From: the human T2T-CHM13v2.0 reference genome, Homo sapiens
Direction: 5' to 3' (one strand)
NCBI RefSeq assembly: GCF_009914755.1
Contig: NC_060925.1
Length of the DNA stretch: 64,000 nt
The notes under the pieces are model-generated. The model had not been told where the DNA came from, made no database searches, and saw only the letters and a program-made list of their open reading frames with translations. How positions within the stretch are numbered: the first letter of the stretch is position 1; each line of letters begins with the position of its first letter. The translations under genes were made by a program, and so were the position numbers. This document shows, piece by piece, positions 43,320 to 56,435 of the stretch.

Positions 43320-43855
43320 CACACACTCCTTCTGTATTATCTTTTTATTCTGATGCTTTGACATCTTGGGTTTTGCTGACACTGAAGGAACTGCCCTTCC
43401 CAGGGCTGGCCAATTCCTAAGGACAGTAAAGGACTCACCTGTGAGCATGCCTTTCCTATGCAAACTGAACACTCTGGAGCCCCATCCCCCAGCCACCTTC
43501 TTTATCAGGCTTTCACCTTCTGAGCCACTAATTCTCTGCCTCAGTCACCCCAGAGCCTGGTACCAGACAACTGGGACAACTCCTATATTCCAAAGCTTGC
43601 TGAAATGATTCAAACTAGCTAACCCTAAACCTGCTTATGCTGCTTCACCCATTTATTCCTGCAGAAACCACAGTAAAGTTCCCCCCTTGATTCCTTTGTG
43701 TCCTGACCAACTGATGTTTCCCTAGGTGCCCCCACAGCATGGCATGGCATGCCCCACTTTTGAAACCTGAACAAGCTGTCTTTTCAATTACAGATATCCC
43801 CTGGTCTGTTGGCCTCACTATACCTGAATAATAATAAAACTTACATTTTGAAACC
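43320..43855 (+). mobile_element. LTR of the MER21/MER74 type
   Basis: actgcccttcccagggctggccaattccta...tatgcaaac...ttcaaactagctaaccctaaacctgc. Confidence 0.6.
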
Positions 43856-43864
43856 TCTTCCCTG

Positions 43865-44341
43865 ACTGATGGTTAATTGTTGTGTCAATTTGACTGGGCT
43901 AGAGGATGCCCAGGTAGCTGGTAAAACATTACATCTGGGTGCATCTGTGAGGGTGTTTCTGGAAGAGATTAGCATTTGAATCAGTAGACTGAGTAGAGAA
44001 GATCCATCCTCACCAAGGTGGGTAGGCGTTATCTAATTCATGAAGGGCCTGAATAGAACAAAAAGGGAGAGAAAGGGCTATTTGTCTTTTGTTGAGTTGA
44101 GACTTCTCTCTTCTCCTGACCTTGGACTGGGAGTTATGTCATTGGCCTCCATGGTTCTCAGGCCTTCAAACTTGGGCAGAATGGTACCACCGGCTTTCCT
44201 GGTTCTTCTGCTTGCAGACGGCATGCCAAGGGACTTGCTGGCTTCCGTAATTGGATAAGCCAATTCCCATAATAAATCTCTTCTTATATATCTATATATA
44301 TCCTATTGCTTCTGTTTCTTCAGAGAGTCCTGACAAATATA
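43865..44341 (+). mobile_element. MLT2 (ERVL) LTR
   Basis: tgatggttaatt...gtcaatttgactggg...gtgagggtgtttctggaagagattagcatttgaatcagtagactgagta...atcctattg...tctgtttct. Confidence 0.88.
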
Positions 44342-44660
44342 AAGATTGATACCAAGAAGTGGGAGTGCTTCTAACGAATGTGGAAGTGGCTTTGGAAATG
44401 GGTAATGGGTAGAAACTGGAAAGAGTTCGGAGGTGCACACTAGAAAAAGCCTACATTGCTGTGAATTGACCTTTAAAGGTGATTCTGGTGAAGGCTCAGA
44501 AAGAAAAGAGGAGAGCTATAAAGAAAGCCTTAATCCTCCTAGAAAATACCTAAGTGATCATGAACAGAACGTTGGCAGAAATATGGGTAATAAAGGCCAG
44601 TCTGATAAGGTCTCAGAGGGAAATGAGGACCATGTTATTGGACAATGGAGAAAAAGCCAT

Positions 44661-44830
44661 CGGGGTGGGGGGGAAAGGGAAGGGAGAGCATCAGGACAAA
44701 TACCTAATGCATGCAGGGCTTAAAACTTAGATGACAGGTTGATAGATGCAGTAAACCACATGTATACCTGTGTAACAAACCTGCACGTTCAGCACATATA
44801 TCCCAGAACTTAAAGTAAAAGAAAACAAAT
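44661..44830 (+). mobile_element. L1PA 3' end fragment
   Basis: ggagagcatcaggacaaatacctaatgcatgc...gtaacaaacctgcacgtt...cccagaacttaaagtaaaa. Confidence 0.88.
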
Positions 44831-45092
44831 TTTTTTAAAAAGCGTCAGAGAACTTGGCTGAATTGTGCCTGTATTCTAGTGTTTTGCAGAAGGTAGAGCG
44901 GTGAACACTGAAATTACATATTTGGATAAGGAAATTTCTAGGCAAAGTGTGAAAGTTGTGGCTTGGCTTCTCTTGACAGCCTACATTAAAATGTGAAAAG
45001 AGAGAAAAGATTTAAAGACAGAATTGTTAATCAAAGAGAAGCAGCACTTAAAGATTTGGAAAATTCTCACCCTAGCCATATTATGAAGAATG

Positions 45093-45233
45093 AGATAACG
45101 GGTACAGTGGTTCATGCCTGTAGTCCTAACTGTTAGAGAAGTGGAGGCAGGAGGATCCCTTAAACCCAGGAGTTTGAGACTTGTCTGAGTAACATAGTGA
45201 GAGTCCATCTCTTAAAAAAGAATAAATAAATAA
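45093..45233 (+). mobile_element. FLAM / Alu left monomer
   Basis: cagtggttcatgcctgtagtcc...ccaggagtttgagac...ccatctcttaaaaaa; aatgaga on both flanks. Confidence 0.85.
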
Positions 45234-45980
45234 ATGAGAAGGCACATTGGGAAAGAACACCAAGGGTGCGGCCAAATGACCATCTGATAAGGAGATTAGT
45301 CAACCAAGTGGAACCTGTTGCTCAAGGTGATTCAGAAGTAATTGGTGCTGCCACCTCCATCACAGCTCCAATGTGCAAAAGCTTGAGCAGGCAAGCATGG
45401 GACCTCCACAGAGAGCCCTTACTAGAGCAACATCCAGGATAGCCGAGTGGTAGGACCACCCCAGCAGCCCCAGACCTGTAGAGTCATAGACACGATTCTA
45501 GCTCTTGGAGCCACAAGGGCACAGAGCAACCTTTGGGGAGGGCCACCACGCCCGTGGGTTGGGAAAGCAGGACCACAGCCCTAGTGGGCCTGGGGGACAG
45601 AGCATTGAGCCAAAGAAGATTATTCTCCAGACAAAATTTTGGACTTTGCTAGGGACCTATCCTTTCTTCTTTTCTTTCTTTCTATTCTTTTCTTTCTTTT
45701 GAAATGGAAATGTCTATTCTATGCCTGTCCCACCATTGTATTTTGGAAGCCCCTTGACTTGTTTAATTTCACAGGCTCACAGCTGGAGGGGAAATTGCTT
45801 CAGAATGAATCATACCTTGCGTCTCACCCATATATGATGTAGGTGCTGTTTAAATGAGACTTTGGACTACAGACCTTCAAGTAGATACTGGAATGAGTTA
45901 AGATTTTTGGAACCATTGGAATGGACTGAATGCATTTTGCGTGTGAGAAGGACATGAAATTTTGGGATGCCAGGGGTAGA

Positions 45981-46336
45981 ATGTTATGGTCTGAGTGTTT
46001 GTGTCTCTCCCAAATTTATATGTTGAAATCCTAACCCCCACCCTCTCAAGGTGATGGTATCAGGAGGTAGAGCCTTTGGGAGGTGATTAGGTTATGAGGG
46101 TGGAGGCCTCGTGAATGAGACTCGTGCCTTTATAAAAGAGACATAAGAGGGACTCCTTCCTCCTTCTGCCTTGTGAGATTAGAGTGAGAAGTCTATGAGG
46201 AAGCAGCCCTCACCAGACACTGAATCTGCTGGTGCCTTGATCAGAGACTTCCCAGCCACTAAAACTGTGAGAAATACATTTCTGTTGTTTATAAGCCTGT
46301 GGTATTCTTTTGTAGCAGCTTGAACAGACTAAGATA
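45981..46336 (+). mobile_element. MLT1A-like MaLR LTR (3' LTR of the internal segment)
   Basis: tgttatggtctgagtgtttgtgtc...gccctcaccagacactgaatctgctggtgccttgatc...acagactaagata. Confidence 0.88.
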
Positions 46337-46590
46337 CCCTTGGATGAGGAGCAACTGAGGTAAAGTGGGAAAAAAAAAAAACGGCTCCAATGCCAAGGGC
46401 ATACTGGACAGCTCTTTAACTTATGCTTGGTGGTTGCTTCTCATCATTTTCAGTTAATCGTAAAGCATTCTACTTTTGTGGATTTCAAGTCCCTAGGAAA
46501 GGATGCTGAAGGAAACGACAGTTTTGTGAGACCATCAGTAATTGTAATGTTGACACCTCTGCATTCAAATGGGTTACAGGATTAAACAAG

Positions 46591-47048
46591 TGTCATCCAA
46601 AGGACCATCAGGATGGCTAGATAACAGAAAAGAGAGTTTCACTGGCAATACTGGTTTACAAACCTGGAAGAGAGAGTCTCCGGTGTGAACTGAAAATGCT
46701 CTCTCTGAAGAACAAAGAGAAGGTTAGAGGTTTTATAAAAAGGAGAAATGTTGCATATTGCTCTTTGAGAAGTTTCATTGGCACCAGTAAGGTTTTGAGG
46801 AGCTGGCAGGCTTCAACTGATAAGTGAGGGTGGTGCGTAAACCCAGTCTGAGAGTTGCAGCAGGTCGTCTCAGTAGTCGTTAGACAAAACTGGTTTCAGG
46901 TTACTGCAGGCAGTGTCAGCTGCCAGGCCTGCAGAAAATTATGTTTTTTGGAGCAATGTTCTTCACCCTGAGTGCTTTTTCCCCTTGGCTTATTGATTCT
47001 TTGTTGGGTATGACAAGAATGACTCATTTCATGTGATCAGCTTTCACA
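46591..47048 (-). mobile_element. ERV1 solo LTR (MER31/MER67 group)
   Basis: TG...CA ends with 4-bp TSD CAAG (46587-46590 / 47049-47052); minus strand starts tgtgaaagctgatcacatgaaatgagtcattcttgtcatacccaac. Confidence 0.75.
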
Positions 47049-47066
47049 CAAGGGTGACAAAGCTTC

Positions 47067-47382
47067 AATTATTTATTTCTTTATTATTTATTTATTTAAT
47101 TTGGGACAGAGTCTCTCGTCGTCTAGGCTGGAGTGCAGTGGTGCATGATCATGGCTCACTGCAGCCTCAACCTCCCAGCCTCAATTGATCCTCCCACCTC
47201 AGCCTCCCGAATAGCTGGGACTACTGGCACATGCCACCATGCCCAGCTAATTTATTTAGTTTTTGTATAGACAGAGCTCACTATGTTGACTAGGGTGATC
47301 TTGAGCTCCTGGCCTCAAGCAATCCTCTCACCTCAGTCTCCCAAAGTGCTGGGATTACAGGTGTGAGTCACCATGCCCAGCC
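47067..47382 (-). mobile_element. Alu (AluJ), antisense
   Basis: Alu consensus match; TSD CAAAGCTTC. Confidence 0.95.
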
Positions 47383-48055
47383 CAAAGCTTCGTTTTAAGT
47401 CTCTTTTATTTACTTTTTTTGGTCCTAGTCATAACACATTGTAAATATACTCTGTCAGAGAATTAGATAGCTTGTTGTTTTTTAAGTCTTTTCTAATTAA
47501 TCTGTTCATGTAATTTAGTAAGAAAATATTAAAGGGAAATCTTGCCCGAGAGATGGCCAGTACTGAGTAAGAAGCCCATTTGGTTTGTGTCTGGGAGGAT
47601 GGGCAGTGAGGATGAGTGAGGATGAGTTTAATTTAGCTTGGTGAGAGGGGGACAAATCCACCTTTTCACGAGAGCTGCTTTCTCATCGCTTTTTGTCCCC
47701 CTTCATCCACAACCCCCGCAGCCAAGGCAGTGTCAGTAAATTTTGGGATGGAAAAGCCTTAGGTAGGATTCTTATGTTTTCGAAATGTGACTGATTGGAA
47801 TTGGGGGAAAGCTGTATTAAAATTGGATATGTGGTAAAAGCTGGATATGTGGTTATTACCCATATCCAGTAGTGGGTCATGTTCCTGTGCTACCATGATC
47901 TGCCCGCAGTAACCTAGCAAGACATCAAATCACAGTGTGCAGTAGATGGTACCGTTGAACAAGCCAAGCCATATTGTCTGCAGGGATCTGAGATGATAAA
48001 GAGATTATTACAGAATTTGTTTTCATAAGGAACTGTGTAATTATGATGATTAGCC

Positions 48056-48198
48056 AAAGAAATAAGAAAGAAAGAAAGAGAGAAAAAGAAAGAAAAGAAA
48101 AGAAAGAAAAAAGAAAAAGGAAAGACGAAAGAAAAGAAAGAAAGAGAAAGAAAAGAAAGAAAGAGAAATAAAGAAAGAAAGAGAGAGAGAGAGAAAGA
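48056..48198. repeat. Polypurine (GAAA/GA)n low-complexity tract
   Basis: About 140 nt almost exclusively A/G. Confidence 0.95.
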
Positions 48199-49033
48199 CA
48201 GCCTGGTCTGTTACCTATGCTGTCCTACTATAGCATTTAATATCTTACTGCAAATTTTACTAAGTTATAACTTAAAAGTGTTAATTTTTTTTTTTATCAC
48301 TTTGACAAACTTAGCCTCCTACAGCAGAAGGTGACTGATCAAAAGCTGGACTGTCAACCAGGTACTCACCAGCTTAGAGAGAATGGAGAAAAGGAGTATA
48401 AAGAATTTGAATAATTGTATGTAACATACGTGTTTCTTTTGAAATTTCAGTTTTAGGAAGCAAGGCCTGATGAGATGATCTTCATTTGTGAGAGTATGCA
48501 GAGGGTGGTGTGAAAAGACATGGCAGGGATTCGTATTTTTAAAATGGATGGAAAAACAGTTCTAAAAATATGAAAAAATAAGGACAAATAATCATAATTT
48601 AAATTCTCAAGCTAAGAAAGGTTCAACACATTTCAAAGTTAAATTGTAAACAGTGTTAGGGAAAAGAAACCATACAGAAATGGGACAACAGGGATCCATT
48701 AGAGTTGGATATCATTCATTTACTAGTTTGAGGGGCAAAATAAATAATTATATGTGTTTTTAAATCATAGAGAATGAACCCTGAAAATGTTTAATGCTTA
48801 GAAAAGAAAGCATGTATAATAGAAATTTTAATTTGGCCAAATTGCTTACTTTAAAATTAGAAAATTCGATTTTTTTGATTGCATAATTTTGGACACATAA
48901 TTAATAAGCAGGTAGATTAAAAGGAAAAACCTACATATTAAGCAAGAATCATCTAACAAAAACAGTTCCTTATATAAGAGACTGTATGCTAACTCCTAGA
49001 TGCCAAGAGAGAAAATGAGACTACATGAGACTA

Positions 49034-50268
49034 CAGTCAAGCGTCACCTAACGACAGGGATACGTTCTGAGAAATGCATCCTTAGGTGTTTTTGTCATTG
49101 TGTGAACAACGTAGAGTGTACAAAGCTGAATGCTATAGCATATTGCTCTAGGTTACAAACTTGTATATCATGTTACCATACTGAAGACTGTAGGCAAGTG
49201 TAACACATGGTATTTGGAGATCTAAATATATCCAAACCTAGAAATGATACAGTAAAAATACAGTATAAAAGATTTTTTAAAATGGGACACCTGTATGAGA
49301 CACTTAGCATGAATGGGGCTTACAGGAATTGAAGTTGCTCTGGGTGAGTGAGTAAGTGGTGAGTGAATGTGATGGCCTCGGAGATTACTGTTCACTACTG
49401 TAGACTTTCTAGACACTGGACACTTAGGCTAAGTTCAGTTATTTAAAATTGTTTTCTTTCTTCAATTTATTTTCTTTCTTTAATTTATTATATTAATCTT
49501 AGCTTTTGTCACTTGTTTACTTTATAAACTTTTTAATGTTTTTAATTTTGATTCTTTCGTGATAACGTTTAACTTAAAACACGAACATGTTATACTGCTG
49601 AAAAAGTATTTCCTTTATATTCTTATTTGGTAAGCTTTATTTTTAAATTTTTCAGTTTTTTTTTACTTTTTAGATTTTTTTTGTTAAAAACTAAGACACG
49701 AACACACACACTAGCCTAGGCCTACACAGGGTCAGGATCTTCCACCCGCACATCTGTCCCACTGGAAGGTCTTCAGGGGCAGTAACACGCATGGAGCTGT
49801 CATTTCCTATGATAACAATGCTTTCTTCTGAATTCCTCCTGAAGGACTTTCCTGAAGCTGGTTTACATTTGACATTTTTTTTATTTTAAATATTTTTTAT
49901 TAAAAAAAATGTCAAATGTAAACCAGCTTCAGGCAAGTCCTGTAGAAGGAATACAATCTAAAATAATGATAAAAATTAGTAAAAAATTGTAACTATATAA
50001 ACCAGTAACAGTCATTTATTATCATTGTAAATATATATACATACACTATAATCGTATGTGCTATACTTTTATGCAAATAGCAGCGCAGGAGGTTTGTTTA
50101 CACCAGCATCACCACAGACACTTGGGTAATGCATCGCCTTATGATGTTACCATGGCTACGACATTGCTAGGGGATGGGAGTTTTTCAGGTCTGGTATAGT
50201 CTGATGGGACCACTGTCATATATGTGGCCCATTATTGACTGAAACGTCGTTATGTGGTACATTGACTA
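49034..50268. mobile_element. Tigger3 (MER7B/Tigger3b-like) TcMar DNA transposon, about 1.2 kb
   Basis: TA-flanked terminal inverted repeats cagtcaagcgtcacctaacgac ... gtcgttatgtggtacattgacta; internal atacgttctgagaaatgcatc. Confidence 0.88.
49843..49941. repeat. Inverted repeat with 41-bp arms (1 mismatch) and a 17-nt A/T loop
   Basis: aggactttcctgaagctggtttacatttgacatttttttta / taaaaaaaatgtcaaatgtaaaccagcttcaggcaagtcct. Confidence 0.97.
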
Positions 50269-52674
50269 TACTGCCGGCAAGCTCCTATTTAAGTAAACAA
50301 ACACAATAAACACAAACAAACATGAGAAGTCCAGAAGAAAGGCCAAGGATGATAAGAGAACCTTCTTAGGAAAAGGAAGCTACATCAGGGCAAGGGGCTG
50401 GTTCTCACCTGGAAGACACAGTACTGCACACTGCAGCCAGATGAGTGCCATTTTCATGTTTCAGAATGGAGCCATCTCCAGGATATACTGTTAAAAGAAA
50501 ACTCCTAACAGTAACCTCTGGAGAGAACTAGAATTGAAGAGGACATGAGTAGTCAAGGGGACATTTGCTGCATCAGTGTTGTTTGAATATTTTACAATGA
50601 AAATATACTTATATATTGAGTAATTTATAATCATAATGTACAATTTTGATTTCTACTTTTACCTGATATTTACGTTAATGTCTTTAGAATATAACTCATT
50701 CTTTGGGCTGTTGGACATCCTATCTTACTTAGCTGGTATCTCTGCAATTAGATATTTATTTATAAACAGGGATTCCTTGAGAGTTATCGTTTACATTAAA
50801 TAGTTAAATAGGAAGATAAGTATTTTATTGGAATTTAGTTTATGCTTATATCACTGATATTAATTATTGCCACAGAAACTCTACTTTTGAAGATCACCAC
50901 TAATTTGTTATGTTTCATGTTTGTTTGTCACAATTTAGGGACAGTCTTCATTGATGACCTTACTATTTACCACAGAAGTTCATCTATGTGGCTCCAAACT
51001 CTATTTCAAGAATATGAAAGGCATGTAGGTTATGCCTACGTTCTCGGACCCTTGATAGATGTTTTGCTGACCCACCTTCTGATATCTGTAGAGTTACCCT
51101 AGGCTCCACCTTCCACCAACCAGTTCTGTGTGTGAGTTGCACGGTCCTTTGTTCATTACTAAACGTTGTTTTTGCGCTCTCCTGTCCTCTCATTTCAGTC
51201 TCACTATCTTAGAATCAGCTTCACGGAACCACAGGAAAGACATCATTGTTCTTCTTTTGCAGGTAGCGAGTAACACCACCCTCTCACTGAGAGCACCTAA
51301 GAAATAATGTTAGGACTTGAGTTGACTTTTGATGCATCCGTGTCCTTTGTATCATATAATATATCTGGAGTGGTAGAGTGCAAAGATTATGGGCTCAACT
51401 TGTTATTTGTATGACTTTGAGCAAATTGTCTAAACTCTCAAATACTCAGTCTTTTTATTTATAGAGTAGAAATAACAACTCTAGGATTTGGAAATTGTTA
51501 TGAAGGTTCACAATTATTCTGCATACACTACAGCTTATACACATATGGCAAGCAGCTAGGTGTGGCTGTTTTTATTGAGTGTTTTGAGCCCGTTTCCCTC
51601 CTTTCCAGAACCTACCTCCTCAGACTGATGGATGCATGATGAGTTCCCCTTGCCTAAGTTATTATTTCTAATCGTTCTTTCACTGCGCTGCCATTTTTAG
51701 TGGAAACTTCATTGCAAAAAGTGCAAGGTTCTCATCTGTGGAACTTGAGTTGTTTGCTGGCTCCCCTAGCTTTTAAGTGTGGTGTATTAATTTAGTCCCT
51801 CTCTCAGATGTCCACTATAAGGTAAAGAATTGATGCCATGTCCCAACTAGGAATGCCATTGCCTCTCTGTCTTTGCTTGTTAGCAAGAAACGATTCATGA
51901 ATGAGTAGAAACAACAATAAGTGTTTAGAAAAGTATTAAATGAATGAGGCAGTAAAAAGTGATCCCAAGAAAATCCTAGACCACTTGCACCTGCCATGAC
52001 TTGTTACCTCTGTGACCTCTTACCATCTGTGCCTCCTTGGTCGCGTGTATTGACTGTAGCCCACTTTCATTCTGTCAGCATTTCTCTTCAGTCTATTTAG
52101 AGCTCCCTTGAGCCTTCTCTCTCTGGCAAACTTCTTTTTATAACATAAGCAAAATAACGGAAGATGTACATTCCTTGTTGTGTGCATGGCATGGATGGGA
52201 AGGATGAACGGAGTTTATCCATGAAAAGTATGGCTGTCAAAAAAGGGAATTATGAAGACATGTTGTATGCAAGATATCTTGAAGTTAACTTTTTAAAAAT
52301 ATGAAACAACTTATTTCCAGCAAAGTGCAAAATGAAAATCACAGAAAAAGTCAACCTGACCTGAAGCTTATTCATCACCGTGCAATGAGTTTCACCATAC
52401 AGTGAGTTTCTGACCCATGTGACATTGAAGTCACTAACAGCACCGGTGTTATGGTTCACTGTAGATTGGACAGCACTGTGTTTGGGGATCCTGGAGAAAT
52501 TTAAAGTAGGAGAGGATGTGGTCTACCTCCAGGGCCACACAGTCCAGCGGGAAAGAGATAATTAATAAGCTGAAGTCGAGGACTGCAAAGTAAATTCTGT
52601 TTTACAGAAGGGGAAACATTGCGACTGATTTCAGTATCTCTGCTGAGGTGGAGAGGCTGAGGTTCTTCTTTCGT

Positions 52675-52766
52675 AGCTGCTGCTGCTGCTTCTTCTTCTT
52701 CTCCTTCTTCTTCTTCTTCTTCTTCTTCTTCTTCTCCTCCTCCTCCTCCTCTTCCTCTTCTTCTTC
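52675..52766. repeat. Compound trinucleotide repeat (GCT)5-(TCT)n-(CCT)n
   Basis: Seen directly. Confidence 0.95.
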
Positions 52767-54216
52767 TTTTTGCATGTATCAAGCTAACTTAATGGAGAAT
52801 GTATACATTGTTCCATATCATACTAAATAATGCAAATAAGTGATACTGTTACAGACTCAGGGTCACAACGTGGGGCCATTGTAAGCTACACCTTTCTCAA
52901 AAGCATCTGGTGTATGTGAAGAAGTTGCATATCAGTGACTTGCTCTGATGTACTCAATAGGAGCCCAGAAAGGTTCTCTGTCTTGGCCCTCATTAAGGAG
53001 CATTTAAATACCAGAAAAATCTAGCGAAGCATAGCCCCTGATTGGATATTAGCCAGCATAGTGTCAGGGCTGTTGTAATTAGAGTAGCCAGATGGGAAGG
53101 CAAATTTAGTAGGGGACTGTCATCATTACAACCACCCATTATACGTATACTCATACATGCCTCACAGATGCAAGCTCATAACAGGAAACCCAGCAGTTGT
53201 GGAGTAGGAGGCTAGAATACAAGAACATTAGTGAGTGAGAGCTTTGCCTCAGGATTATAACTAATTTTGAGGTCAGTTTTTTCAGCAGTCTTTGTTATGT
53301 TCAATCTTTTGGTTCCAAAAATTATGTGATGACTGGCCTTAAAAAAATGTAACCCAAGTAAGCCTGGTCTATTAACATTTTGCTAAATTCTTCGTGGTTT
53401 GTAATGGAGTTAAATATGATTATAAGATTTAAAAATATGAATTTTGCTTCATGATCTATCTGAAGGTTCAATTGACTGGACTTGAGTAAATTATTCACGA
53501 CTTCATTAAAATTCAATAGGACTGAAAGTTTCCGTCAGATGCATTAAGCCGTCTACTGCAAACGAAGCGCTGTGTTGTAGTTGGTGCAGAGGGTGGTTTA
53601 CTCAATGTGGCCTGTGCTAAGTGTATGGAATGCAAATGAGATGTAAATTTTATATTTTACTTTCCATTACCAAAAAATTATTTATGTACACATCAGGAGA
53701 GGAAAATTACTTTCAGTAAGGATCTGCGTGGTGGTGATTTTTAATCTCTTAGTGGGAATATATAATATTTTTACAGTACTAGCATAAAAATGCCATTACT
53801 GCAGAGAGAGGTCTTAGAGTCTTATAATGATTATCTTCATTGCTTGGAGATAACATTTTAGTAAATGAGATTTAGTTAACATTCTAATGAAAAGAGCTAT
53901 CATAATTTGAGAGAAAATTCCTAAGCTAAAATATTTTTAAACTAGAAGTTTGTTTACTTTTTTTTCTCTACTAGAACCTAAATTATGTAATTTATTGCAA
54001 CAGATGGTATGGAAAATTTGGATTGTGTGTTACAGTTTTAGTAAAGCTGATTTATAAAAATTTATAAAAAGGCTACCAAAAAAAGTAATAAAATCATAGA
54101 CTTAAAGGCCTTCGTGGAGTCCAACTGACTCAGCTGATCTTATGTTTTCTCGACAAAATCAGTGCCAAAGCTAAATTCATCTCTTGCAGTTTCTGTTTGA
54201 CCTTCTGGTCATGTGA

Positions 54217-54591
<375 letters not shown>

Positions 54592-55709
54592 TTCAGTTGG
54601 CTTTTTTATGGTTAAATAAAGTTCCATTTTTCAGATTCTATTTCCAGATCTCTGCAATCATCGGATCATCCCTCCTTGGTGCCTCGCTGAAGTTGTAGCT
54701 CCCATTAGTTCAGGTGGTTCTGTAATATCAGCTGCCTTCCTCAGAACGAGTCTCATTCTTCCTTCACATATTTTTTTTTCTCAAAATGAAACATTCAAAG
54801 GCTCCTGCTTCCATATGTAGCATGAACATTATTTGGCACCATCCTTCATGTTATTCTCAAGGCACTCTCCAACTTGCCCATTTCCCTCTTTCAATATGAT
54901 GCCCAAAATTAGTCACCGCATTCCAGGAGCAGTTGGGTGTGCAGGGACCAGATGGATTCAGGAGCCAACACTCAGAACAAGAGTAGTTCTTAACCATTTG
55001 AGGACGCGTACCCCTTGAGAGAATCAAAGCCCTGGAATCTCTCCATGGGAAAGTGGATGTACAATCTCAGAGGATTCCTGGGCCTTGCCGTAGTTCATTC
55101 ATAAACTGTGTACCTTCTGGGACAGTGGGTCAAGAACCCTGCCTCTGCCGTGGTGAGGCCGTACATGGGAATAATCAAGGAAGCTTTTTAATAACCACAT
55201 ACACTTGTATAAGCCTTAAGTATAAGGCAGAGAATTTGGGGGATTTGCAACTAAGGAGTTTGTTTATTTTTAAGCTGAGTGTATTTTAGAGATCAGATTT
55301 TGAAACTACTTTTCAATTATAATCACCTGTGTGGATTTTTCTCAGAATCCAATTTCATTTAAAAAAAATGTATTTAGCTGGCTTTTTCCTGAATTGACTT
55401 GTTCAGACATGTTAGTTCTTTTAAGATGAAGTGCTCATGAGATTTTAAAAATAGCCACCAGGCCCCATGCCCAGCTGGGTTCTCTGTTGGCGTTGGTTGG
55501 ATGAAGAGTCCCCTGATTAGCTAGATTTGGGAAAAACTTCAACCAGGTAGAAAGTAAAACAGACATGTGTTTCAACCACTGGTCCTAATGTAATTTTTTC
55601 AATGTTTGTGGAATTTATGACATCTTTGAAAATACAGAAATGACCGGGGGGTGGGGGAAATGTGTCAGTTTATGAATGTGCCATTTAACCAGATAACTGG
55701 GCAAAATAT

Positions 55710-56435
55710 TTTACAAGAAGTATTCTCATGAGCGGTACAGAGTAAGAGATAACCACGTCCATGCACATTTGTGCCTTTCCATAGTGTCACACTTTTACTG
55801 ATGCTATTTCAGTCACAAAAGCCAGGAGCTGCATGGAATTCCAAGGAGGGAATTCTCCCTAGTACCTTCTGTTCACTCGGTAGTCAGAGCTGCAGGCACA
55901 CAAGCCACTTCACAAGTCAATTGTATTGCAAGCCATACATAATAGTATACTTAATCAATAGATAAGTGTTACAGATCAAACATTTCACAACAAACAAAGT
56001 AACATATAACATCAAGAGAAAAGGGACAAGAAGAAGGGTTAACAAACCAGTCAAGGGAGACTGGGAGAGCAACAAAGACCCAAAGAATCCCCTGGTCGGG
56101 GCCAGGCAAGTGGTCCACAGGTTTTGCAACAAAGAGTCTTCAGTGGGGGCAGAGCCTTCCCGGCAAATGCCAAGTGCTAATCACAGTTGACAGCAAGGCA
56201 GTGTCAGTTGAGATGGCCGTTTTGAGCTACCAATGTCCTGCTCTTTTTATGGCCACAGAGTCCTCTGGCGAGGACTGATAGTGACAGAATGTGCTTGTTT
56301 TTGCCCTTATCTGGTTGGATGCAGACTTTATTTATTAAGCATAACATCTTGTCCACGTTGGCAAAGTGCCCTATGAAATGTAAGATGGAGTCTTTTTCTA
56401 AGATGGAGTTACTCATGTCAAGGGTGCTGTATACA
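55710..56435 (-). mobile_element. ERV1 LTR (MER4 group, MER72/MER49-like)
   Basis: Terminal atgtaagatggagtctttttctaagatggagttactcatgtcaagggtgct; left boundary uncertain. Confidence 0.65.

Larger units (their letters stand above)
44342..45980 (+). mobile_element. MaLR internal sequence with nested L1PA 3' end and FLAM
   Basis: aatgtggaagtggctttggaaatgggtaatgggtaga...agaacttggctgaattgtg...tttcacaggctcacagctggaggg...gagactttggact...ggaatgagttaaga; polypurine tract before the LTR. Confidence 0.8.

Noticed and set aside
44342-45980. Possible retroviral coding capacity
   Set aside because: MaLR internal sequence is interrupted by L1 and FLAM, with only short ORFs and no pol/env motifs.
49034-50268. 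Possible transposase gene
   Set aside because: Non-autonomous 1.2-kb derivative with no long ORF.
52501-52830. Poly-E/poly-A and poly-F/poly-S ORFs
   Set aside because: Artefacts of the trinucleotide repeat.
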